NCBI GenBank assembly: GCA_044225365.1
Contig: JBGAIQ010000003.1
Coordinates: forward strand, 96,001-160,000
Reading direction: 5' to 3'
From: Planctomycetota bacterium
GTDB lineage: Bacteria > Planctomycetota > B15-G4 > JADJEK01
Length of the DNA stretch: 64,000 nt
In this document: positions 37,156 through 46,783 of the stretch, piece by piece
How the letters are laid out: every line of letters starts with the position of its first letter
Position numbering within the stretch: the stretch's first letter is position 1
Notes under the pieces: model-generated
Database searches by the model: none
What the model saw: the letters and a program-made list of their open reading frames with translations, nothing else
What the model was told of the DNA's origin: nothing
Program-made: the position numbers and the translations under genes

Positions 37156-37401
37156 ATGAGCACCGAACGCCAGGACACGAACGCTCCGCCCGAATCGCCT
37201 GGCCCGCCGACGCGGCCGTTGGAGCATCCTGCCGACCCGAAGCCGTTCGAGACACCATTGCTCCCCCCGCGCGAGCCTCCGCGGGAACCAGCATCGCCCC
37301 GGCCTCCCCGCGAACCCGTCGGTCCCCCGCCGCAACCCAGCGGGCTGCCCGTCGACGATCCCGCGGCGCCGGTCGGGAGAATGCGCAGCGCGACCTGCTG
37401 A
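37156..37401 (+). CDS. Small proline-rich protein
   Basis: AAAAGGAG RBS; PREP repeats. Confidence 0.45.
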   Translation: MSTERQDTNAPPESPGPPTRPLEHPADPKPFETPLLPPREPPREPASPRPPREPVGPPPQPSGLPVDDPAAPVGRMRSATC

Positions 37402-37427
37402 CTCCAGCTCCCCGCGATTCGTGGGCG

Positions 37428-37443
37428 CGGCACGGTCGGTGCG
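37428..37443 (+). promoter_or_regulatory. Sigma54 -24/-12 motif for lipoprotein B
   Basis: CGGCACGGTCGGTGCG, GGCACG-N6-GC. Confidence 0.5.
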
Positions 37444-37549
37444 AATGGGCTCGATGCTCGGCGTCTCGTTCGCCGAGCCCATTACCCGACGCACGCGATG
37501 GACTCGTCGTCCATCGCGCAGCGAACCACGAACGAAAGCGAGTTGGATC

Positions 37550-37951
37550 ATGTTCGGCAAACTCCCCTGGATCGCGACGATCGCTCTGGCGCTGGGTGCG
37601 TCGAGCTGTGAATCCACGAAGGCCGTGAACGAAGCGGGGCAGCGCTTGACGGTCTATCGCCCCGGAAACGAGTCGATCACTCAAGGCGACAAGGGCGAGG
37701 TCGATGTCCGGGTGAGCCGCGATCAGTTCGATGCACCCCTAAGAGTCGAGGTCGACGATTTGCCCGAGGGCGTTAGGCTCCTCAACGAGAATTTGACGAT
37801 CGAACGGCACGAGAACAAGCTCACCCTCTCCCTCGTCGCCGATCCGGACGCTCCGGTCGTCGTCGATCACATCGTCCATGTGAACGTCACCGGGCCCGAT
37901 GGGCTCGCGGCCGCAGAGAGCTTTCGAATCTCGGTGAACTCATCCCATTGA
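37550..37951 (+). CDS. Small Ig-like lipoprotein, paralogue B
   Basis: Lipobox GASS|C; G.RLT, V.R..F, LPEGV, APVV motifs shared with the 34056 protein. Confidence 0.7.
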   Translation: MFGKLPWIATIALALGASSCESTKAVNEAGQRLTVYRPGNESITQGDKGEVDVRVSRDQFDAPLRVEVDDLPEGVRLLNENLTIERHENKLTLSLVADPDAPVVVDHIVHVNVTGPDGLAAAESFRISVNSSH

Positions 37952-38006
37952 TTCGGCATCGGCACGCGACTCGATCGATGCAGTGAATCCTTCGATCGCT
38001 CGGCGG

Positions 38007-38042
38007 CCCTAGATGACCGTTATCGTGAACGGTCATCTAGGG
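38007..38042. terminator. Perfect 15-bp hairpin, possible terminator
   Basis: CCCTAGATGACCGTT-atcgtg-AACGGTCATCTAGGG; no clear U-tract. Confidence 0.45.
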
Positions 38043-38172
38043 GCGGCCGCTTCGCATTCGGTAACTTCGAGATCGAGGCTCGCTCTTGTCGCTCACTGAG
38101 GGATTCGCGTAGCGTGGTCTTCGTTCACGATGCTCGAGCGTCGTAGGAACGACGAAGCCAGGGATCCCACTC

Positions 38173-41100
38173 ATGCCGAATGCACTCCGTGAGTTATCCA
38201 TTGATCTGACCGATGCTCAGGGCTTCGGCAGACGCTTGCGATTCTGGATCGCTCTCTTGCTCGCGTTGTTCTTCGTGAATGGCGCGCTGACGTTCTTCAA
38301 CAACCGCAACGCGGTCGTCGACGCGAACAACGTCTCTCACACGTACACGGTGCTCAACGAGATCGACGCGCTCTGGGAAACGCTTCTGACCGCCGAATCC
38401 AGTCAACGCGGATATCTGATCACGCTCGACGAAGCGTTCCTCTCCCCGCTCGACTCGGCGGAAAGCAACTGCAAGGCGCGACTCGACGAACTCACACGCA
38501 TCACCGGCGACAACCCGATCCAACGAGACAGGATCCCGAAACTCCGCGAGAGCGTGCTCGAGCGGGTCCGTGAACTGAAGTACGTGAAAGACCTGCGCGT
38601 CGCGTCGGGAACCGAATCCGTCACCGCGCGGCTTCCCGTCGGGCGCGCGCTCATGAGCGAGATCGACTCCATCACGACTGCAATGCGAGCCGAAGAAGCT
38701 CGGTTGCTCGGCATCCGAGTCGCGAGTTCGAATCACACCTACGAGATCGGATCGCTCAGCGCCATCTTGGAGGCGATCGTCGGCGTCGTCGTCCTCTTCC
38801 TCTTCAGCCGACTGCTCCGTCGCCATCTCCACGCGCGCGTCAAGGCGACGGAGCTGCTCTTCGTCGAACGCGAGCGATTCCAAACGACGCTCTCGAGCAT
38901 CGGCGACGGCGTGATCACGACGGACATCGCGGGAAGAGTTCAATTCCTCAACGCCGTGGCGAGCGAGTTGACGGGTCACTCAACCGAGTCCGCGCGCGGA
39001 AAGGGCCTCGAGGAGGTCTTCGTGATCGTGAACGAGGACACGCGAAAGCCGGTCGACAATCCTGCGATGCGAGCCTTGCGGGAGGGTTGTGTCGTTGGTC
39101 TCGCCAATCACACCGTGCTCATCGCCAAGGATGGAACCGAACGGGCGATCGACGACAGTGCGGCACCGATTCGCAAGGAGGATGGCAGCATCAGCGGGGC
39201 CGTCCTCGTTTTCCGAGACGTCTCGACTCGCCGCGCGGAAGAACGGGCGCAAACCGAGAGTTCCCGGGTCATGCAGCTTCGAATCGCAATCGGGGATCTG
39301 CTCACGAGCGATCTCGAACTCGACGCCGGGCTCATCGGCTGCACCGACGCCTTCGTACGACTCGTCGGCGCGGAGTTCGCCCGGATCTGGCTCATCGACG
39401 AACAGGGGACGCGCCTTCAACTGAGAGCGACGAGCGGCGGCGATGTCGCCCTCAGCGGAGAGGACAAGATCATCCAGATCGGAAAGTCGCGATTCGGTGA
39501 GATCGCCGCAACCCGAACTCCGTATTGGACGAACGACGTCGCCGCGGAAGCCGAGTTCGCGAACCGCGAGTGGAGCAGCGGTGATCTGGTCCAATCGATC
39601 GCCGGATACCCTCTCGTGATCGAGGATCGCCTCCTCGGCGTCCTCGGAGTCTTCTCGAACCGTCCGATCTCGCAGGTCCTGTTCGATGAACTCGAGCTGA
39701 TCGCGGACGTCATCGCTCAGTTCATCGAGCGCAAGCGGGTCGACGAGAACCGCCTACGGCTGGCCGCCCTCATCGAGAACAGCAGCGATGCGATCAACAT
39801 CTTCGATGAGCATGGGAAGTTGATGTTCGTCAATCGCGCGGCGAGTCGACTGTTCGCTCGCAAAGCGGAAGAGTCCGAGAAGGCCTCGATGCCCGCCGGG
39901 ATACGAGATCTCCTGCTGGAGGAGGATCATCCACGATTCGATTCCGAACTGCTTCCGGCCGTGCTTCGTGACGGTCACAGCCAGTTCGAAATGCGGATGC
40001 GCTTGGCACCGAGCTGCGGCGAAGGCAAGGGGGCCGATGTGGGTTCGATGGGATCGGATCCCGCCGCGCCGAAGGAAGCCGCTCCCGCTCACGTGTGGAT
40101 GAACTGCCACGCCTTCGCCGTGCTCGACTCGAAGGGTCGACGCACGGGGATCGGGATGGTTTGTCGTGACGTCACGCAACGACGAACGACCGAACAGTTC
40201 CTGACGGAGAGCCAGGAGCAGTACCGATTGCTCGCAGCGCAGTTCCATGCGGCGAACCTGAAGCTGCAGGAGGAGATGGCGGAGCGCGCGCTTGCCAACG
40301 AAGCGCTGGAGCGGCGCTCTTCTCAGTTGCAGTCGATCACGGAGATCGCAACGCGCCTCAACGTCGTTCACGACATTCCCTCGGTCATGAACATGATCAC
40401 GGAAGGCGCGCGCAGGATCGTCGCTACCCGCGCTGGAATCAGCATCGTTTCACGAGGCGATCGCACCGACGATCGCCTGGTGGTCGCCTCGTTCTCCGAA
40501 GACCTCGCGTCCTACCGCGGCCGTGGCGAGGACTTCGTGAATCGGAGGATCCACGAAGCAGTGTATGCAACCAAGCGCGTGATCCGCGTTTCCAGGGACG
40601 AGATCGCGAACGAATCGCGGTGGCAGACCGGATCCGATGCTCCGGATCGCAATGTACCGCTCGCCGACGTCATTGCGGCGCCGATCGTGGGCTACGACGG
40701 AACCGTCCTTGGAGCCCTTCACCTCATCGACAAGACCACGGGGCCATTCACGTCGGAGGACGAGGCGATCGTCGTCCAACTCGCGCTCATGGGCTCCGTG
40801 GCGATCGAGAACGCTCGCTTGTACGCCGAGCTCGTCGATGCCGACCGCAGGAAGGACGAGTTCCTCGCGACACTCGCCCACGAGTTGCGCAATCCGCTCG
40901 CACCGATCCGCAATGGCCTGCAGATCCTGAGTATCACGAAGAACGACACCGACGCCCAGATCACGGTTCGTCAGATGATGGAGCGGCAGGTCAGCATGAT
41001 GGTGCGACTCGTCGACGATCTGCTCGACGTCAGTCGGATCACCCGCGGGAAGATCCATCTCCAGGTCGAACGGCTCGATCTCGCGCGAGCCATCCGCGAC

Positions 41101-41943
41101 GCCGTCGAGACCTCACGTCCACTCATCGACGCGGCCCATCACGAACTCATCGTCGAGATGCCGGCGAGGCCGATCTACGTGATGGCGGATCGTGTGCGGC
41201 TCGCGCAAATCGTCGCGAACCTGCTGAACAACGCGGCGAAGTTCACTCCCGACGGAGGCCGGATCGAGGTCCGGATCGAGGGTCGAGGCAAGGAAGTCGC
41301 GATTCGGGTGCGTGACAATGGCGTGGGGATCCCCCGCGAGATGTTGCCGCGGATCTTCGACCTCTTCACCCAAGTCGATCGAACGTTGCGGCTCACGCGG
41401 TCCGGCGTCGGGATCGGCCTCGCCCTCGTGAAGCGCCTCGTCGAACTCCACGGCGGAACGGTGGAAGCCCACAGCGACGGGCCTGACCAGGGCTGCGAAC
41501 TCGTAGTTCGACTCGCCACGGCGACGGAAACGACCGACGAAGCGTCGAGAATGCCCGCGATCCCGGCGCCGGCCCCGGCCGGACGCACGCACCGCGTGCT
41601 CGTGGTCGACGACCACCGAGATTCCGCGGAGAGCCTCGGAATCCTGTTGCGACTGATGGGCAACACCGTGGTGACCTGCGGTTCTGGCGAGGAGGCGCTG
41701 CGGATCGCGACGGAATTCCGGCCCGAGATCTTCTTCCTCGACATCGGTCTGCCCGACATGAACGGCTACGAACTCGCGGGACGATTGAAGTCCATCCCGG
41801 GATTCGAGAACGCTTATTTCGTCGCGCAGACCGGCTGGGGCCAGGAGACCGATCGCCGCCGATCGAACGAATCCGGCTTCCAGGCGCATCTCGTCAAGCC
41901 GATCGACATCGATCTGTTGAAGGAACTGCTGCAAGGGCTCTGA
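38173..41943 (+). CDS. Hybrid sensor histidine kinase CHASE3-PAS-GAF-PAS-GAF-HisKA-HATPase-REC
   Basis: AESSQRGYLIT (CHASE3), SIGDGVITTD, LAHELRNPL, NLLNNAAKFT, DNGVGI, GIGLALV, C-terminal VVDD..DIGLPDMNG..KP. Confidence 0.93.
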   Translation: MPNALRELSIDLTDAQGFGRRLRFWIALLLALFFVNGALTFFNNRNAVVDANNVSHTYTVLNEIDALWETLLTAESSQRGYLITLDEAFLSPLDSAESNCKARLDELTRITGDNPIQRDRIPKLRESVLERVRELKYVKDLRVASGTESVTARLPVGRALMSEIDSITTAMRAEEARLLGIRVASSNHTYEIGSLSAILEAIVGVVVLFLFSRLLRRHLHARVKATELLFVERERFQTTLSSIGDGVITTDIAGRVQFLNAVASELTGHSTESARGKGLEEVFVIVNEDTRKPVDNPAMRALREGCVVGLANHTVLIAKDGTERAIDDSAAPIRKEDGSISGAVLVFRDVSTRRAEERAQTESSRVMQLRIAIGDLLTSDLELDAGLIGCTDAFVRLVGAEFARIWLIDEQGTRLQLRATSGGDVALSGEDKIIQIGKSRFGEIAATRTPYWTNDVAAEAEFANREWSSGDLVQSIAGYPLVIEDRLLGVLGVFSNRPISQVLFDELELIADVIAQFIERKRVDENRLRLAALIENSSDAINIFDEHGKLMFVNRAASRLFARKAEESEKASMPAGIRDLLLEEDHPRFDSELLPAVLRDGHSQFEMRMRLAPSCGEGKGADVGSMGSDPAAPKEAAPAHVWMNCHAFAVLDSKGRRTGIGMVCRDVTQRRTTEQFLTESQEQYRLLAAQFHAANLKLQEEMAERALANEALERRSSQLQSITEIATRLNVVHDIPSVMNMITEGARRIVATRAGISIVSRGDRTDDRLVVASFSEDLASYRGRGEDFVNRRIHEAVYATKRVIRVSRDEIANESRWQTGSDAPDRNVPLADVIAAPIVGYDGTVLGALHLIDKTTGPFTSEDEAIVVQLALMGSVAIENARLYAELVDADRRKDEFLATLAHELRNPLAPIRNGLQILSITKNDTDAQITVRQMMERQVSMMVRLVDDLLDVSRITRGKIHLQVERLDLARAIRDAVETSRPLIDAAHHELIVEMPARPIYVMADRVRLAQIVANLLNNAAKFTPDGGRIEVRIEGRGKEVAIRVRDNGVGIPREMLPRIFDLFTQVDRTLRLTRSGVGIGLALVKRLVELHGGTVEAHSDGPDQGCELVVRLATATETTDEASRMPAIPAPAPAGRTHRVLVVDDHRDSAESLGILLRLMGNTVVTCGSGEEALRIATEFRPEIFFLDIGLPDMNGYELAGRLKSIPGFENAYFVAQTGWGQETDRRRSNESGFQAHLVKPIDIDLLKELLQGL

Positions 41944-42030
41944 GTCGCGCTTGGACGGACCGACTGAACGATCGGTGAGGATGTCCGACGATGCATCCGC
42001 GACTCGAACGGTCGCAGGCCTGGCAAAATC

Positions 42031-42070
42031 GTGAACGGTCATTCAGACGAATCGTGAATGGGTTGTTCAC
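42031..42070. terminator. Imperfect hairpin between convergent kinase genes
   Basis: GTGAACGGTCATTCA...TGAATGGGTTGTTCAC. Confidence 0.4.
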
Positions 42071-43074
42071 TCCGAAGGCGTAGCGCGCTGGAACTCGATC
42101 TCGAACCACGCGCTGCGTTCTCGTTCCGTAGCGAGGACCGTCGCGCCTGCGGCTTCGAGGTCTTCGATCGCGACGGCTTTGCGGATGGCGGACCTCGCCA
42201 TGGCACGGGGTTCCTCACGGATCGAGTCGAGATCGGCCACGCGCGGGATTCGAACCCGCACGCTCTCCTGCTTCTCCAGGATCTCGATCTCGATCTGGCC
42301 GCTCACACCGCGATCGACGGCATGAAGCAGGAGGTTGACGAGGCCGTGGCGGACGAGGTCGTGCCGCAGGAGCCACCGAATCGGATTCGCGGGTTCGCAC
42401 AGGTTGCACTCGACCGCCGCGAGCCGAAATACGGCTTGCAAGTCGGCGACGACCCGGCGCACGGTCTCCGCCAGGTCTGCGCTCTGAGGCTCCGGATCGG
42501 GAACGCTGAGAGTTCCGACGAACTCACTCGCCAACCGATCGATGCGCCGAATCTCCTCCCGCAAGGACGAGATGAGCTTCGATCGCCCGAACTCCGGATC
42601 GCCATCCAATGCGTCCGCCGGGGCCCGCTCGAGCAACGCGAGTTGGAGGTTCATCGCGTTCAGCGGCGTTCGGACGTCGTGACCGAATCGACGCGCGAGC
42701 CGCGCGACGTCCAACGCAGCAGCACTGGATCGCACGCTCTGTGCGGTGGCCGCGACGGCATCCTCGGATTCGACCCGAACCAGCGTGCCTCCTTCTTTCG
42801 TGGTCTCGCCGATCGCGGACAAGACGATTCGTGCGTCGCCTTCCGCGACGACGATCGCCCGCGTCCTCGGCTCCGCTCCGTTTGCGCTCGACACCGCACG
42901 AAGTTCTTCCGCGATCGCCCCATCGAGTTCCATCTCTCCGTCCAGGCGGAGGAGTCGACGAGCATTTTCGTCCATCCACGAACACTTCCGATCCGCGTCG
43001 ACGAAAGCGAGCCCCACATCGAGGTGCTTGCCCAATCGATCTAGGACCGATTTCATCCTATCATCACGGTGCAT
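42067..43074 (-). CDS. PAS-HisKA protein with degenerate HATPase domain
   Basis: H-box FGHDVRTPLNAM intact; N-box reads NLLLHA; no DxGxG or GxGL boxes. Confidence 0.7.
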   Translation of the reverse strand: MHRDDRMKSVLDRLGKHLDVGLAFVDADRKCSWMDENARRLLRLDGEMELDGAIAEELRAVSSANGAEPRTRAIVVAEGDARIVLSAIGETTKEGGTLVRVESEDAVAATAQSVRSSAAALDVARLARRFGHDVRTPLNAMNLQLALLERAPADALDGDPEFGRSKLISSLREEIRRIDRLASEFVGTLSVPDPEPQSADLAETVRRVVADLQAVFRLAAVECNLCEPANPIRWLLRHDLVRHGLVNLLLHAVDRGVSGQIEIEILEKQESVRVRIPRVADLDSIREEPRAMARSAIRKAVAIEDLEAAGATVLATERERSAWFEIEFQRATPSE

Positions 43075-43181
43075 GGCGCTGGATCGCTCCCCCTCCACAT
43101 TCGACGTAGCGGTCTCGTGGGCGGGAATGAGAGAAGATTCGGAGCGATCCTATCGAACGCACAGCTTGACCTGCCACGCCT

Positions 43182-43352
43182 TCACACGACCGATCGCGGA
43201 CCACGCCCCTGGACGATGGCAACGAGGAAGAAGATGAGGAACACCACGAACAGCACGCGAGCGATCTCGGAAGCCAGCCCGGCGACGCCGAAGAAGCCAA
43301 GGAAACCGGCGATCAAGGACACGAGAAGGAAGATCAAAGCCCATCGCAGCAT
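43182..43352 (-). CDS. DUF1328/UPF0391 (YtjA-like) small membrane protein
   Basis: MLRWALIFLLVSLIAGFLGFFGVAGLASEIARVLFVVFLIFF; CAGGAG RBS. Confidence 0.9.
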   Translation of the reverse strand: MLRWALIFLLVSLIAGFLGFFGVAGLASEIARVLFVVFLIFFLVAIVQGRGPRSVV

Positions 43353-43457
43353 GACGTTCTCCTGAATTCGATCTCGCGCGTTCGAAGGACAGCGAGGTCG
43401 ACGAATCGGATCGGGGTGCGGGAATCGAGGACTCCCCGGCAACGGGGATCTCTGGTG

Positions 43458-43511
43458 AAAGAAAAAAGGCGCGCCCGTTCACCCCATCATGGATCGAGCG
43501 AAGGGCGCGCC
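43458..43511 (-). terminator. Intrinsic terminator downstream of the double-PRC gene
   Basis: Minus strand GGCGCGCCC...GGGCGCGCC followed by TTTTTTCTTT. Confidence 0.6.
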
Positions 43512-43664
43512 CAGTTCTGGACTACCGGAGAGTGACTCCGGTGATTGCGGGACTGGCGATCGAGGGGATCGATCGATCGCGGCCACTCGCAGACGATCGC
43601 CGATCGCGTCCAGGACGTCGGCGTCGTTCACCCAGCAATGCCATGAGTCGGATCGGGAAACCGC

Positions 43665-44672
43665 TCACGGATGCGTCATGTCACAGTGCTTGTGAATGTC
43701 CTTATCGAACATCGCGTCGACCCGCGCCGCCTGGTCGGAGCCGAGCACGCCGTGCTCGGGCTTCTTGTATTCGACGGCCGTCTCGAGTTCCGAGACCGAG
43801 CGATCGACGCTGTACGCAAGTTCGTTGCCGTTCTGATGCAGACAGATTCCGGCCACCGGAACGAGGATCGACTTCGATCCGACACCGAGCGTGCCACCGT
43901 GAGTCACGATGTAGTACGCAAGACCATGGTTCGCACGATCGACGATCGTCGTGTCGATCTTCCCGAACTTCTCGCCGCGAGCGAAGACGGGCGCTCCGTG
44001 GAGATCGCTTGCAAGGATGAGCTGCGGCGCCGCACAGGTCAGCGACTTCCCATCGACGGCGATCGCGGGACAATCCGCCACCATCTTGGAATCCTGCCCA
44101 CGACTGTCGTCATCGCGCCTCTCCTCCTTGTCGCCATCGCCCGCCGCGTGCGACGCGCTACCGGCGTGATGCGGGTCGATCGGGCTCGTCGGCCAGTACG
44201 CTTCGAGGTCGGCGCAATAGGCATCGAAGCCCTTCTTGCGCGCGGCCCCGACGTCGAAGCTCGGGAGCGACTTCAATTGCTCGTCACTCTGGCGGAGATC
44301 GAAGCACGCTTCGTCGACGTTCCAGCTCAACTGATCGCATGGGACCACGACGGTCTTGCCGCCGAAACCCAAGGTCTTGTCGAACGTGATCACGGTCCAG
44401 CACGCCGTGCCGTTGCAGCTGTCGACGAGCAGGTCGTCGACCTTGCCCGACGGGCGCGCGGGCGTGTCGCCCTCTTTCTTCGCGTCCTCGACCGCATCGG
44501 CACCTGGCGCCATCGAAACCTTCGCGCCGATCACGTCGCTCAGCTTGCAGTACTCGGGTGTCGTTCTGGGGTCCTTCACGCGTGAACCCGAACTCGATCC
44601 ATCGCCGCCTGCGAGCAGACTCGTCGAAGTCGCGAAAGCGAGCAGACCGACGGACATGGAGAACATCCTCAT
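43665..44672 (-). CDS. Secreted tandem PRC-barrel protein
   Basis: Signal peptide; two PRC repeats (GKVDDLLVD...TLGFGGKTVVVP; GKIDTTIVD...GGTLGVGSKSILVP); AGGAGAG RBS. Confidence 0.75.
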   Translation of the reverse strand: MRMFSMSVGLLAFATSTSLLAGGDGSSSGSRVKDPRTTPEYCKLSDVIGAKVSMAPGADAVEDAKKEGDTPARPSGKVDDLLVDSCNGTACWTVITFDKTLGFGGKTVVVPCDQLSWNVDEACFDLRQSDEQLKSLPSFDVGAARKKGFDAYCADLEAYWPTSPIDPHHAGSASHAAGDGDKEERRDDDSRGQDSKMVADCPAIAVDGKSLTCAAPQLILASDLHGAPVFARGEKFGKIDTTIVDRANHGLAYYIVTHGGTLGVGSKSILVPVAGICLHQNGNELAYSVDRSVSELETAVEYKKPEHGVLGSDQAARVDAMFDKDIHKHCDMTHP

Positions 44673-44755
44673 GACTCTCTCCTGGTTGGTTTATCTCGTG
44701 GTTTCGAATCTCTCGGACACTCCGTCTGGAGTTACCGGGTCGAGGCGTCGGGTGC

Positions 44756-44959
44756 TCAGGGATCGTGGCGCTCCTTGAATTCCTTCCACTCCTTCTCCGC
44801 GCGGTCCTTCGCGTAGCCGTAGCGCTCCTGAAGGCGTCCGATCGCGGACTCCTGGCGACCTTCGATCTCCGCGAGATCGTCGTCGGTCAGCTTGCCCCAT
44901 TGTTCGCGAATCTTGCCCTTCAACTGCGTCCACTTGCCCTTCACAATGTCCTGATTCAT
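44756..44959 (-). CDS. csbD: CsbD/YjbJ family general stress protein
   Basis: MNQDIVKGKWTQLKGKIREQWGKLTDDDL..IEG....IGRLQERYG; CAGGAG RBS. Confidence 0.92.
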   Translation of the reverse strand: MNQDIVKGKWTQLKGKIREQWGKLTDDDLAEIEGRQESAIGRLQERYGYAKDRAEKEWKEFKERHDP

Positions 44960-45033
44960 GGCTCGCTCCTGTAATCGATTCGGGGTTCGATCCAATGCCG
45001 GCGGGGTCGGCTGCGTTCTTGCCGTTCGGGAGG

Positions 45034-45049
45034 TGCACGCCGCGTACCA
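45034..45049 (-). promoter_or_regulatory. Sigma54 -24/-12 motif for csbD
   Basis: TGGTACGCGGCGTGCA, GG-N10-GC. Confidence 0.55.
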
Positions 45050-45146
45050 CCCGAAGATCGAGCAAGGAATCAGGGGACGACGGGCGAGAGACCCCATGCG
45101 GGGGCGTTCACCCCGCGACGAGGAGGCCAGGGCGCAAGTGCAGCTC

Positions 45147-45162
45147 CGAAGTTTGTAGAAAC
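45147..45162 (-). promoter_or_regulatory. Shared upstream box (UAS candidate)
   Basis: GTTTCTACAAACTTCG on the minus strand, 16/16 identical to 47869-47884; about 100 bp upstream of the csbD sigma54 motif. Confidence 0.65.
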
Positions 45163-45195
45163 AGAGCGCGGTTTCGACTTCCGACGAGTCTTCGC

Positions 45196-46719
45196 TCAGA
45201 GGGATTCGGACGCGTTGTAGACGCTGAGTCGCGTGTACAAGGTCTTCACGCTGATCCCGAGGACCTTCGCGGCGGTGCTCTTGTCGCCGCCGTAGTGCTT
45301 CAAGGTCGCAAGGATCAAAGCCTTCTCGGCGTGCGCGATCGTCGAACCCACCCGCACCCGAATCTCGTCACCCTCGCAGGCGGCGACATCGGGACCCACG
45401 GCCTTCGATGGTTCGTCGTCGAGACGAATGCAGGATCCATCGATCACGTCGTCGGCCATGATGAACGCGCGTTCGATGACGTTGCGCAACTCGCGGACGT
45501 TGCCGGGCCAAGGCTGGGCTTCGATCCACGCGCGGGCGTCGTCACCGAGCTTCTTCTTGGTGCCCGCCGCACGATTGTGCGTGGCTACGAACTCGTTCGC
45601 GAGGAGCACGGGATCGCCGGTTCGGGCGTGGAGAGGCGGGAGGTGCATCGGGAAGACGCGAAGGCGATAGAACAGGTCCTCGCGGAGCTTCCCTTGGCGA
45701 ATGGCGTCCTCGGGTGACCGATTGGTCGCGGCGATCATGCGAGCGTTCGTAGTGATCGTCTGCTCACCACCGACGCGGTTGAACGTCCGCGACTCGAGGA
45801 CCCGCAGGAGCTTCACCTGCAGATCCATCGGCATCTCGGTGATCTCGTCGAGGAACAGCGTGCCGTTCTGCGCGCGTTCGAACACGCCGAGATGCCGCCG
45901 ATCCGCGCCCGTGAATGCTCCTCGTTCGTGTCCGAAGAGTTCGCTCTCGATCAATGTCTGCGACACCGCGCCGCAATTGAGTGCGACGAAGGGCTCGCCC
46001 CGCCGCGTCGACAACTCGTGGATCGTCATCGCGACGAGTTCTTTGCCGGTCCCCGTCTCACCTTGCAACAGCACGGTCGCCTCGGTCGGGGCAACCCGCA
46101 GGATGCGGTGATAGAGCTTCAACATCTCGGGCGATCGCCCGACGAGTTTGGCGAATCGGCCGCTCTCTCTCGCATCGTCGAGCGATTCGGCCCGACTCTC
46201 CGCGCAACCCCTCGCGGCCGCGACGTCCTGCAGGATCTGGCGCAACCGCTCGACGTCGACCGGTTTCGTCAGATAGTCGAGCGCACCGTTCCGCAGGGCC
46301 ATCACCACGCTGTTCACCGTCGACTTGCCCGTGATGACGACGAGATCCGTCTTGTCGGTATCGATCTGCGACAGCATGGAAAGCCCGTCGCCGTCCGGGA
46401 GTACGAGGTCGCAGAGGATCACGTGTGGAGTACGTCGCTGGATCGCGACGGTCGCCTCTTCGAGACTGCTCGCGACGTCGACTTCGAATCCCTCCCGACG
46501 CGTCAGCGCAGTCATCGCTTCGCGCGTCGCGGAGTCGTCCTCCACCAATAGAGCGATTCGCGCCCCCGCCGGGGGCTTCTGTTCGCGATGGCGAGGAGCT
46601 GTCTTGGACTGAGGTTCGAGCGATTCGCTCGTCCCTACGGATTCGCGAGGTTGGTGGACCAAGATCCTACTCTCGCCCGTTTCGGGCATCCCGTCGTTCT
46701 CTGTTGTGCTGATGATCAT
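45196..46719 (-). CDS. Sigma54-dependent response regulator (NtrC/AtoC family: REC-AAA-Fis HTH)
   Basis: LLVEDD, CDLVLPDGDG, GETGTGKE, ESELFGHERGAFTGA, FLDEITEM, WPGNVREL, AAKVLGISVKTLY. Confidence 0.95.
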   Translation of the reverse strand: MIISTTENDGMPETGESRILVHQPRESVGTSESLEPQSKTAPRHREQKPPAGARIALLVEDDSATREAMTALTRREGFEVDVASSLEEATVAIQRRTPHVILCDLVLPDGDGLSMLSQIDTDKTDLVVITGKSTVNSVVMALRNGALDYLTKPVDVERLRQILQDVAAARGCAESRAESLDDARESGRFAKLVGRSPEMLKLYHRILRVAPTEATVLLQGETGTGKELVAMTIHELSTRRGEPFVALNCGAVSQTLIESELFGHERGAFTGADRRHLGVFERAQNGTLFLDEITEMPMDLQVKLLRVLESRTFNRVGGEQTITTNARMIAATNRSPEDAIRQGKLREDLFYRLRVFPMHLPPLHARTGDPVLLANEFVATHNRAAGTKKKLGDDARAWIEAQPWPGNVRELRNVIERAFIMADDVIDGSCIRLDDEPSKAVGPDVAACEGDEIRVRVGSTIAHAEKALILATLKHYGGDKSTAAKVLGISVKTLYTRLSVYNASESL

Positions 46720-46783
46720 ACCCTCTCGACCTCCAAACGATCTGAATCGGTCGATCGATTCGCATCGCACGACCGCGGGAAGG

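Noticed and set aside
37960-37975. CGGCACGCGACTCGAT as a sigma54 promoter for the hybrid kinase
   Set aside because: Poor -12 element, and it is followed by a strong hairpin.
43353-43460. Sigma54 promoter for DUF1328
   Set aside because: No convincing -24/-12 match found, so this unit does not support the regulon model.
45098-45116. Hairpin GCGGGG-gcgttca-CCCCGC as ncRNA or terminator
   Set aside because: Short GC stem with no U-tract and no second copy; expected by chance.
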